Shown: piece after piece, positions 38,902-50,158 of the stretch
Layout: every line of letters starts with the position of its first letter
How positions within the stretch are numbered: position 1 is the first letter of the stretch
Origin: Pocillopora damicornis
Taxonomy: Eukaryota
Assembly (NCBI RefSeq): GCF_003704095.1
Contig: NW_020847648.1
Location: 62,001 to 126,000, forward strand
Length of the DNA stretch: 64,000 nucleotides
Reading direction: 5' to 3'
Translations under genes and position numbers: made by a program
The notes under the pieces: model-generated
What the model was told of the DNA's origin: nothing
Databases searched by the model: none
Seen by the model: only the letters and a program-made list of their open reading frames with translations

Positions 38902-39016
38902 AATAAAAGTGATCCTCGCAGTGATGTGCACTACTTAGGCAGTGGTGAAAATAAGGCCTGAAAAAGATTCAGGCCTGTACGGGATTTGAACCCATGACCT
39001 CTGCGATACCGGTGCA
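38902..39016 (-). mobile_element. 5'-truncated tRNA-derived SINE
   Basis: Pol III B-box GGTTCAAATCC (38992-38982 minus) followed by the hairpin caggcctgaa...ttcaggcct. The A-box is missing and there is no complete cloverleaf. Confidence 0.75.
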
Positions 39017-40581
39017 TCAGAAGAGATGGGAACATCTGCTTCAGCTTTTACATTCCAGTTGGGTCTGGGTGTCACTGCGTTGAAACTTTCTCTGAAAAAG
39101 CTGTAATTGGTGAAAGAATAACTCCACACTAGCGTCCAGCCTCCTCCATCAGTTTCCATGTCACAGTAAGCTTTGAAAGCGTTGGCTTGGAGCCCACCAA
39201 CAGGATCAATCCAATAAACATCCGAGGGAGGGTGACTGATGAGGGACTGGCACGAGGGAACCGCTGACGATTGAGTAGTACCTGGAAGCACAGATAAATT
39301 ATTTCTATTGTTAGTGTTATTGTTATGTTTTTTTTGTTTTTGAGGGATAAAGTAGAGAGACCACCAAGTCATTAATTATTAGCTCCTCGAATGGAACGCT
39401 GTTTCCGGGAGGTCCACACCTCGATGCGATTTTTAGTGTAAGCAGTATTTATGTTGCGCTTTATGAGGAATGGAAGCGAGTCAGGATGAAAACGACTTCG
39501 AGAAAAGTTGGAAATAATATTCGTAGAGCGATATTTCTCGAGGGAAGACTGTTCGTGTCTGGGAAAAGAGAACAGTTTTACCCCAAGACTGGAGAAAAAT
39601 TTAGTGGTGTCTTCTTCTGTTGCCTTTGAGTAATTCTTTATTTCATTGTTTCTTTGTTCATTTCACATCGTTCTACCAGACACCCACTCTTTGTTTTTCC
39701 GATGTTTATAGTTGTAAAGTAAGAACCCACACAGGTTGCCAGCGAAATGTCGTCTCACATGCAGCCGTAAGAAATACTGGAGAGTAACTTATGATTGATT
39801 GGTATCTACATCCTATTACCATCCCTTCCTATGGGAGTTTTCGTGCCATCTTTTAAAAAATCGGGTCCGAAGCAGTGAGTCCATTAGCCTTAGTTCTGCA
39901 ACTTTGTTGTTCTTGTAGATTGAGAAATTGTGAAATTTTAGGCTCTCTATTTGAGATGGAGACTGCTCTACTTACCTAGTGAGTTAGAAACTTGAGGCAA
40001 ATTGATCTGTTAGAATTGAATCAATGAACTGTCAAGGAAGCACGAGGTAACAAACAAAATGAATGGAAGAGAACAACACCGACAACAAATAAAGAAAGTT
40101 AACAAAAATCTATGGAAAAAGAGACAACAGCAAAAAACTTTTCACGCCTTCGAAACGAGGTGTCAACTCGCTTTATGGTTCTAGTGGTTACCATGAAAAT
40201 CTTCTTATCTCTAGAGCACTTAGCATTTTGCAGTTTCACAAAATTATTTTAAAAAAGTCAAGGCGTTGTAAAGAAATAAATTTCATGTTATCAAACCTTT
40301 TCAAGGTAGAACACGTCATCTTGCTGGGGTCGTTTCTGGCATTCTTCTCTTTGTGCTGTATCAAGTAGCGAACAAGTTCTTTGATTTACCCAAAACATGG
40401 CAATTTTACAACCTTCGCGCCTCGCACACAAGTGGGAACAAGACATTATAGAGCCTGTCTTTCCGGTCCAAAGGGTGTTTTCCTTCGAGAACGAAGTGCC
40501 ATCTTTGATATGAAAGTGAAACCCAAACAACTCTGCTTGTACCTTTGTAATGATCAAGAGGAACAGAAACATCCCCGCCAT
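38935..40581 (-). pseudogene. PAN/Apple + fibrinogen-related secreted protein, copy A; last exon truncated by a SINE (could still encode a short protein)
   Basis: Exon 40581-40297 (signal peptide, CSHLCARREGC...C), micro-exon 40006-39976 (INLPQVSNSL-G), exon from 39281 (SCQSL..DVYWIDP..AFKAYCDMETDGGGWTLVWSYSFTNY). The frame runs into the SINE at 39016 and stops at 38935. Confidence 0.75.
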
Positions 40582-41698
40582 AACCTGTCAAAGAAAGAAG
40601 TAACGACGAGAGTCGATGCACCCTTGTAATTTGAATTTATGAATTCATAGATAGTTTGTTTTAAATTGCCTTCTTTTTCGCAGATTTTCTTTCCCGTGCA
40701 CGTGTTTTTAAATTAAACATTGGCGCGTCAAGAGTCGAAAAAATGATTAGAAATGTTAAAAAATTTTTAAAACAATTTGTGTGAGTGGTCTTGTAAAGTC
40801 TTGAGTTATAAATGATGTTGAGACAAGCAGAAACATAATTGATGTAGGCTTTAAGAAAAAAAAAAGTGAGAAAGCTAGTTTAGACAGCTTACAATTCTGG
40901 CATTCAAACTAAAAGATGTTCCTTTATCTCGTTCACTTTAAGTATTTTCGAGTGAGACCAAGGTGTTCTCTACGTTTTTGTAGGATTGATATCATTAAAC
41001 GTAGCTACAGGTATCGTAACAGTGAAAGATACTTGTTTCTATTCGCGAGATTTTAAGCTTGCTTTTGCATCGAGCATTAATTTGTGTTCTGACAACTTTC
41101 TCCGCTGCAGGGTACCTTTCAAATAAAGTTTGTTTTTCCACACATCGTCTCAATATTGGAAGAAGCGTTATGTCATAAAAGGCAGTTTCATGGACCATAA
41201 TTTGTGATAAATTGCTTAAATCATACCTCCATTCTGAATCAGGCAGGATCGTAAGCTGTTCTGTAGCTTGCGCACGCATATATCCCTTCTTTTAAATGCT
41301 CCAGCTCAACTCTGATTCAAGTGGAGATCACTACCTTGAAGAACTTTGTATAGCTACTAAATTATTAAGTGAAATCGCGCCTAGCACGGAATCCAAGGGC
41401 AGTTAAACTAATTTAATTATGAAATATTACTTTGATGCCTGGAGAGGTCCAATTCAGGCAAGGCATAACAAACTGAGAAATGTTTTCAAATAACTTTGTA
41501 AACATAAAATCTTTTGTCACTTTTATGACTTATCTTTGATGGTCCCTTAGCGACACTNNNNNNNNNNNNNNNNNNNNNNNNNNNNNNNNNNNNNNNNNNN
41601 NNNNNNNNNNNNNNNNNNNNNNNNNNNNNNNNNNNNNNNNNNNNNNNNNNNNNNNNNTCTCTTAGTTACCAATATCAACACTAATCTTCCGCTCTCAC

Positions 41699-42662
41699 CT
41701 TGGGTTAAAGCGGTTATTCCCAGGAGGTCAACCTGCATTGGAGTCAAATAATACATATCAGTTAATACCCATACCTCGTGCGTGTATGCGTACAAAGTTC
41801 TTGAAGGCTCATTGGGTAGTAATCGTGTGCTCTCAGTTGTTGGTGGCTTCAGCTTATAACTGAACAATTTATGTGCTTAGGATGATAAGCTTTATTATGA
41901 AATGAACTTCTGGTAATTGGTCTTGTCATCTCCATTTTTTAACTAAAGGGGGTAATTTTCGAAAGAAGCGGTGGTGTTAAGTNNNNNNNNNNNNNNNNNN
42001 NNNNNNNNNNNNNNNNNNNNNNNNNNNNNNNNNNNNNNNNNNNNNNNNNNNNNNNNNNNNNNNNNNNNNNNNNNNNNNNNNNNNNNNNNNNNNNNNNNNN
42101 NNNNNNNNNNNNNNNNNNNNNNNNNNNNNNNNNNNNNNNNNNNNNNNNNNNNNNNNNNNNNNNNNNNNNNNNNNNNNNNNNNNNNNNNNNNNNNNNNNNN
42201 NNNNNNNNNNNNNNNNNNNNNNNNNNNNNNNNNNNNNNNNNNNNNNNNNNNNNNNNNNNNNNNNNNNNNNNNNNNNNNNNNNNNNNNNNNNNNNNNNNNN
42301 NNNNNNNNNNNNNNNNNNNNNNNNNNNNNNNNNNNNNNNNNNNNNNNNNNNNNNNNNNNNNNNNNNNNNNNNNNNNNNNNNNNNNNNNNNNNNNNNNNNN
42401 NNNNNNNNNNNNNNNNNNNNNNNNNNNNNNNNNNNNNNNNNNNNNNNNNNNNNNNNNNNNNNNNNNNNNNNNNNNNNNNNNNNNNNNNNNNNNNNNNNNN
42501 NNNNNNNNNNNNNNNNNNNNNNNNNNNNNNNNNNNNNNNNNNNNNNNNNNNNNNNNNNNNNNNNNNNNNNNNNNNNNAGAAAACACCATTTTCGGCTCCT
42601 TCAGCTGTCTTTGCCGCTAAGAACAAGACGATTGCAAATCGGTACTCGATTTGAAGTAACAT
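41699..42662 (-). CDS. PAN/Apple + fibrinogen-related gene, copy B (partial; mostly in gaps)
   Basis: cag|ATG at 42662 (MLLQIEYRFAIVLFLAAKTAEGAENGVF, then N gap); micro-exon 41732-41699 (VDLLGITALTQ-G) with intact AG/GT. Flanks match copy D. The last exon is not seen. Confidence 0.55.
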
Positions 42663-42939
42663 CTGTCAAAAGAATCTTGACACAAAATCAGGTATAGTCA
42701 GTAAACGTCTGAAACATATAAATTACCTGCCTAAAGACAAAATAGTCAAACGAGACAGAAAGATCAGAAAGGAAGAGAAATTTAAACCCACCCTTTTCTG
42801 TTGATGGAAAAACACCGCCCGACACACAGAAACCTTTGNNNNNNNNNNNNNNNNNNNNNNNNNNNNNNNNNNNNNNNNNNNNNNNNNNNNNNNNNNNNNN
42901 NNNNNNNNNNNNNNNNNNNNNNNNNNNNNNNNNNNNNNA

Positions 42940-43057
42940 TCCCACCTGAAAACACCATATCAGCTATGTATGTAAACAAATCGCTAAATCAATAGGTATT
43001 ATGTTCAGGTCTCGCTTTTTCCTATCCTCTACAACCAAACTCACTTTGTACTACACC
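42940..43057 (+). mobile_element. CR1/L2-type LINE reverse transcriptase C-terminal fragment
   Basis: Frame reads T*KHHISYVCKQIAKSIGIMFRSRFFLSSTTKLTLYYT, typical of the LTWxxHI...K.S...G thumb region; bounded by gaps. Confidence 0.65.
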
Positions 43058-46000
43058 NNNNNNNNNNNNNNNNNNNNNNNNNNNNNNNNNNNNNNNNNNN
43101 NNNNNNNNNNNNNNNNNNNNNNNNNNNNNNNNNNNNNNNNNNNNNNNNNNNNNNNNNNNNNNNNNNNNNNNNNNNNNNNNNNNNNNNNNNNNNNNNNNNN
43201 NNNNNNNNNNNNNNNNNNNNNNNNNNNNNNNNNNNNNNNNNNNNNNNNNNNNNNNNNNNNNNNNNNNNNNNNNNNNNNNNNNNNNNNNNNNNNNNNNNNN
43301 NNNNNNNNNNNNNNNNNNNNNNNNNNNNNNNNNNNNNNNNNNNNNNNNNNNNNNNNNNNNNNNNNNNNNNNNNNNNNNNNNNNNNNNNNNNNNNNNNNNN
43401 NNNNNNNNNNNNNNNNNNNNNNNNNNNNNNNNNNNNNNNNNNNNNNNNNNNNNNNNNNNNNNNNNNNNNNNNNNNNNNNNNNNNNNNNNNNNNNNNNNNN
43501 NNNNNNNNNNNNNNNNNNNNNNNNNNNNNNNNNNNNNNNNNNNNNNNNNNNNNNNNNNNNNNNNNNNNNNNNNNNNNNNNNNNNNNNNNNNNNNNNNNNN
43601 NNNNNNNNNNNNNNNNNNNNNNNNNNNNNNNNNNNNNNNNAATGCAACGAATAAATTTAAAGTACAACATTAGATTGAAAGGATCACTTAATGAATAGCT
43701 GATGATATTTCAATATATTTTAACATAGTAAACGAAATTTCTAGCATTAAAAACATTATTTCTGCGAATATATTCGGCTGAATTTGACTTAAAATTNNNN
43801 NNNNNNNNNNNNNNNNNNNNNNNNNNNNNNNNNNNNNNNNNNNNNNNNNNNNNNNNNNNNNNNNNNNNNNNNNNNNNNNNNNNNNNNNNNNNNNNNNNNN
43901 NNNNNNNNNNNNNNNNNNNNNNNNNNNNNNNNNNNNNNNNNNNNNNNNNNNNNNNNNNNNNNNNNNNNNNNNNNNNNNNNNNNNNNNNNNNNNNNNNNNN
44001 NNNNNNNNNNNNNCAGTTTGCATTCAAAAAATCAATTATCAATCAATGCCAGATATCTAACAGGATAACATTTTTACTCTAGATTAAATGGTTTTCTCTT
44101 TTTTAGATGAAATAGCACATTATNNNNNNNNNNNNNNNNNNNNNNNNNNNNNNNNNNNNNNNNNNNNNNNNNNNNNNNNNNNNNNNNNNNNNNNNNNNNN
44201 NNNNNNNNNNNNNNNNNNNNNNNATAATTTTTTCAAGATCGAACAATCATTTTTCACTTGGTTGAGCTCGACTCTCCACTAGCATCACGTGTAAGCCAAT
44301 GATCTCCAGAGCAACTATCCAATTGATAGCAAGACCCGCTTCAGCGCATGCTCCAAGAGAGTAACGGTCCATAGCCTTAGGATTTATTGGATGAAATTTT
44401 AAAGCAGTAAAGAAGAAAAAGTAACTTTGCATAAAATTCCCTTAGCAAATAATGATTCCGTGATCTTCGCTTGACCGTTCTATTTTTCTATTTGGATACA
44501 GCAATACAGCTTTGACATTTTGTTTTCTTAACAACACGTTTCCAATTACTCCACAACTCTATTTTGACATTTTAAATGAAATGCACAAGTCTTGCAGGTT
44601 TATAATGCAATTATCATGACTTTTAGGTATATGGAAATACCGGAAGGCTGAAAAAAAGAAAATTGGTAAGAGACAAAATTAAAACTGATCATGAAAACAC
44701 AGCCTTTTGTATTAAACACCTGGCAAAGAGGAGTTACATTCCTGAATGGAAATAAAAAAGCAAGACTTGCATAATTCAGCGAGAGAATTGGATCATTTAC
44801 AAGTTTGATGATGTTGCAGATTGTTGGCTACAGTTATAAAACGTGCTAAAAAGGGCAGGCTAAATGTACAGATACCAAATAGTGCCGAGAATTTGCTAGA
44901 AAAATGAAAGGATCCCTCCCTGTGATTTTTAATGATTTCTATTTTGCTTTTCGTTCGGCTTTTTTTTCTCGATGTCTTTTGTTTGTTTAATAAAGTCTGA
45001 TAAAGTAGAAACAATAACATCGCAAAAATTTATAAAAAATTAAATATACAGTCCGAAAAACAAGGATTTTGCCCTAGGGAACAGCGGCAAGTATATTGAT
45101 TAAATTGTAACGTTCTATCAGAATATTCGCGGAGGAGAGTCAAGTGGTAATTTTGTGATACGAGAAAAAATCTTAGGTTCGTCAATGAATGATTTGAATA
45201 TGAGGAAGCGAGAATCTATAGTGACCTGCCTTAAAGATCGCGATCAATCCCTATTACGAAAAGGTTTACGCTATTGACAAGACTAGACAACGTTTTATTT
45301 ACATAAAATCAATTTAATCAAATTGTAATAATTATTTTATTTGACAGTATTTTCAAGGGAATGTACTATCTTGTTATTGCTGATTTATTAAAAAATCATC
45401 AGTGGTTGGGCATTCTCTGTGTCTTTACCAGCTGTTTTAGCAAGAAAAACTAATCAAGTAATATGAATTCGTTTCACTTGAATTTTCCTTATGACTGTTT
45501 TGTATGCCCTTCCCTGAGAAAATGTGTTATAGGAAATATACGGATAACGGAAACAGGTGCTCATCACAGAGCAACTAACTTTCATAAACTAATTTAACAA
45601 ATGAAATGCTCCTTGATCATGGACAGGCCAGTTACGCCCTGTGGAACCGTTAAAATAATAGTACGGGTTGACGGTTTAGAAAATCGGTCCACAGCTTACT
45701 ATCCGTTCAAAAAATGAGGATGCCGGTGTATCTTTGCACGTTTCAGTCACGTGATTGATGACCTGACAGTTGATGTTAGCTAATTTTGCAGGTGGTTTAA
45801 CCAATTCTCTTTCTCCGTGGGGTCAAAACTGAATGGCACAGCAAGAAAGAGTCTAAAGGAAGGACTATAAAAAGAATTGGCTGCCAATTAACTCTCAATT
45901 AGGGGGATCATAGGAACATTCCAGAGCCTTATTAGGGATCCAATGAATTTTATCGTGAATCAACCAAACATCTTCTCACCCCCGGCGATAGTAATGGCTG

Positions 46001-47067
46001 GCGTTTTAAGGATACATTAATCACAGTGCATTACATCTTTATTAACTTCCGCCGCTTTTCATTCGATCCCTTCATACTGAAGTCAAAATTTTAACTACTA
46101 CTTTCCCAACTTTATTTACAACACTATACGTTACTAAGTGTACATAAAATGCCCTTAAATAATATTACATGTCCTTATCTCACTTTTCAAGACTAACATT
46201 ATCGCCAGTACTTACTTTGCTTAAAATGCCAACAATTGAACACAGCGAACATTCCATTTCACCCCTTACCACCACAACACTTTTTACGGTACTAACACTG
46301 TTTAGGCTGGTCGATGCACTGCCTCGCCTGGAATCCCACCCGGTCATCTAAGTTTAGAGCATGCGCAGAGGTGGCCTCTTCAAATAATGCCACAAGGCCA
46401 CATAGTTAAAACCTCTCTCTTTCAGGTTGTCAGTTTTTATTCAGTTATTGGACTTAACGATGTGTTTCTCTGGTTCCTGATTGTGTACATACACTGGAAT
46501 ATCTATTAAGAATTTTTCCTCAACGCCTTCACGAAAGGAATTTCGCCTTAGGATTGGTTTATACCTGGATTTTACATGCTTTTGCATGATTGCATGATAT
46601 TGCCTCTCCCTCCCCACTCCCTACTTTCTTCTTATTTCTAGCTGTTCACTTTTGTTTCAAGGTAATTGAGTCTTTTTTCGGTTTCTCTTAGAATCTCAAG
46701 TTACGGGGAATGGTCTGTAAACAAACAAAGCAATCGTGGATAAATATCGACACCCAATTGAAAATTGCTCTAAAAATAGGAATCCAGGTGGACAATCAAT
46801 TGATTTTATATGATGAACCTAGCGAACACTTCGCTCTTGTTTGTCTAACCCTTGAAAATGCCTAAAACGTCAGCCTTAATATTAGGTGCAAAATTCTTAC
46901 TTTTCGCTGCTATAAGCATATCAGAATTTGATGCAAGATAGAATAAAACAGCTGATCATTTCATCGATTCTTATCACTTGTTTGCTGGGTAGTTTATTGA
47001 TATGAACGAAGAAAGTAATCAGCCCTCGTCATATGTGTGAGAATTCATTTGTTACAGTCTGCCTTGG

Positions 47068-47919
47068 CTATAAGCCTCGAATAAGAATATTACCATGTGG
47101 AGTTACAACATTTCTCATTTGGTTGGGCGAGTTTGTTCCGATACGATCATGGGTAGGAAAATGGTTCATGGTAGAGCCATCAAAATAGTAGTAAACGGTG
47201 TTCCACGGCCCACTCATGGAGAACAGTGGTCCCACTTGTTTGGAAAAAAAAGGGAAGGAACCAACGTGTTACTCGGATCATCCGGCACCTGTTTAATTAT
47301 CGTACAGTTGACGCCACCTTCCCGCCAATCAACCAAGCTGCCACTTCCCGGATCACACACCAGCCAATTGCTTATGTTGCTTATGATGAGGACCTGTCTG
47401 CAGAGTTGCCTCCAGGGTGAAAAGTTCATGGCCCTGTAGTCTGTTTCATTTAATGGAGGAGTTGCGGAGATAGGAACATCCGCTTGAGATCTCACCAGCC
47501 AATTTGGCCTCGGAGTGATCGCATTTGATTTACGCCTAAAATGACTGTAGTTAGTGAAGGAATAACTCCATACAAAACTGCAACATATCATCAATGGCAA
47601 ATACCTTTGTTAAATATATAGAACCATCTCGCTGGTAAAGATGCCCAGCTGCTGAACTTGTTTGCATTTCGCCGCGAAGAAGGTGACAAAGTCTTTGGTT
47701 TTCTAAAAATTTTGCTCTTCTGCAAGAAGTTTCCCGCCCACACAACGCAGAACAGGAAAGCAAAGAGTCAGTTTTGCCAGACCAAACGAGACTTTCCTCA
47801 CTGAAACCGAAAAAGCTGTTTTCTTTGATTTGGAAGAAAACGCCATGTTCGGATCCTTCTGTTGTCGTCTTTGCCAACAACAAGAGGAAAGCAAATCGGT
47901 ACACGACTTGAAATAACAT
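47068..47919 (-). pseudogene. PAN/Apple + fibrinogen-related gene, copy C (internal deletion plus frameshift)
   Basis: Intact PAN exon 47919-47605, then about 30 nt of intron joined directly to VWSYSFTNY of the last exon. The micro-exon and the YCDMETDGGGW part are absent. A small deletion near 47230 shifts the frame; the homologous stop is at 47068. Confidence 0.8.
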
Positions 47920-48243
47920 CTGTCAAGAGAATCTTACGACAAATTCTTTTTATTTAGTAAACGTATGAAACATACAAATTGCCTTCTTGTTGAGAAAATG
48001 GCAGAAAAATCAGAAAGGCAGAGAATATTTACTTACGCTTTTCGTTTATGAAAAACACCGCGCGACGGTTAGAAACCTTTCTGAATAGGTCTGCATCGTT
48101 AGTGTTAATTGTAAATTTGCTGATTCTGTGATCTTCGTCTGAANNNNNNNNNNNNNNNNNNNNNNNNNNNNNNNNNNNNNNNNNNNNNNNNNNNNNNNNN
48201 NNNNNNNNNNNNNNNNNNNNNNNNNNNNNNNNNNNNNNNNNNN

Positions 48244-49907
48244 GAGTGCAAAGGAATGGTTTCACCTATTAGGTCATAAAGTTTTGAAAAAAATGGGTAA
48301 CAAGTGTTTCAATTATTAAAACTGGGTTTCGTAAAGATTTTATTATTGAAGACCAGTTCTCTGTCCCCAGTTCATCATCCAGCTCTTATTCCCTCACCTG
48401 CTCATCGATCTGACAATTCAACGATATTTCAGACAAGTATTACTCATTTTTTAAATTTTTGTTGTTTGCCAACTTTACTGCGACATCATGATCACAGTCT
48501 TTCAAAACCATGCAATGTTCAACTTCCAATTTTTTGTGTCGTGTTTTTCTGCGGTATGAAAGCTAAGAAACTGCCATCAACTTTTCATTAATAACTTGAC
48601 CCCTAAGAATGACCCATGGCATTTTTTTTTTTCATTACAAAATCACCCTTGAACCAGAATCACGATAATAAAGGAAACGATCACCAACTAACGAAGCTCT
48701 TGATTGATAAACAAATTCTCCTAGCCAGTACCTTAAGAAAAGTATAAAGACCAGTTTATGGAGAATATGCATATTGATGTTGGGGTCCAGAGGGTGAAAT
48801 ATGGCAGTTTAAATCAGTCCCCTAGTTATTAATCTCAACACAAGTCTGCCGCTCTCACCTTGGGGTGAACTGGGTATTCCTAGGAGGTAAACCTGCATTG
48901 GAGTCAAACAATACATATCAGTTAATATCCATACCTCATATGCATGCGTACGAAATTCTTGAAGGCTTATTGCTTAATAAATGTACGTGCTCGTAGTTGT
49001 CTGTGGCTACCGCTTAAAACTGGACGTTTTATGTGCTTTGGATGATAAGCTTGATTTTGAAATTAACTTGTGGTAATTGGTTATGTCGTTCCTATGTTTT
49101 AGCTAAAGGGGGTAATTTTCGAAAGAAGCTCTGGTGTTAAATCGGTGCGGTCAATGCAAACTGGCTAACATTGAGTTCCTAAAGCTGAAGGAGGGCCATA
49201 GCTTGAAAGGCTAGCTCTCAAAACTCTTGAAGGTGGCCAATTAACATTACCAACTCAGTTGATAACGCCAAAATATCTATTTTTTAAAGCGTATCACCAC
49301 TGATTATGTTGCTCTTTATAAATATTCATGCATCTAAGACTTTTTCTTTTTTATTAATTCAGCGCACTATGAATTAAACGCTCTGGTCTTTTTCGTAGTT
49401 TTCTTAAACTGAAATTAAATTTGATAGAGTTTTTGTCTCTTGAAATTATGGTAACAGTGATCACTTTTGCTGTGAAAAGTCTTCACTCTGATGGGAAACA
49501 TCGAGCAACGGTTTTCTGGGTCGTGATAATGCTAAAATGATCGCAAGTTGTCATCCGAAAACTATAACATGTAAAACAAAAAAGATGTGAAATACCTTTT
49601 TTAAATAGAATGAGCCATCTCGCTCTAAAAGCCACCCAGCTGCTGAACTTGTTTGCATTTCGTCGCGAAGAAGATAACAATGTCCTGCTTTTTGCAGAAA
49701 GTTTGCACCTCTGCAAGAAGCTTGCCTCGCACACAAAACAGAACAGGAAAGCAAAGAATCAGCCCCAGACCAAAAAGGGCTTTCTTCTCCAAAGCTGAAA
49801 AATTTGTTTTCTTTGATTTGAAAGAAAACACCATTTCCAGCTCCTTCGGTTGTCTTTGCCGCTAAGAACAAGACGAATGCAAATCGGTACTCGACGTGAA
49901 GTAACAT
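48244..49907 (-). CDS. PAN/Apple + fibrinogen-related gene, copy D (possibly intact; last exon runs into a gap)
   Basis: cag|ATG exon 49907-49596 (MLLHVEYRFAFVLFLAA...CSVLCARQASC...HCYLL...FYLKK|gt), micro-exon 48892-48859 (VYLLGIPSSPQ-G), last exon starts at 48265 (G-ETIPLH) and enters the N gap. Confidence 0.7.
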
Positions 49908-50158
49908 CTGTGAGAGAATCTTGAGACAAAATGTATAGTTAGTAAACGTGTAAAACATATGAATTACCTGCCTATAGACAAAATAGTCAAACAAGACAGA
50001 ACGATCAAAAAGCAACAGAAATTTTAACCCACCCTATTCTGTTGATGGAAAAACACCGNNNNNNNNNNNNNNNNNNNNNNNNNNNNNNNNNNNNNNNNNN
50101 NNNNNNNNNNNNNNNNNNNNNNNNNNNNNNNNNNNNNNNNNNNNNNNNNNNNNNNNNN

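Noticed and set aside
38960-39016. tRNA gene
   Set aside because: Only the T-arm/B-box half is present and it is followed by a SINE body; there is no full cloverleaf.
41939-44282. Long ORFs in the track (200+ aa)
   Set aside because: They consist almost entirely of X across N gaps.
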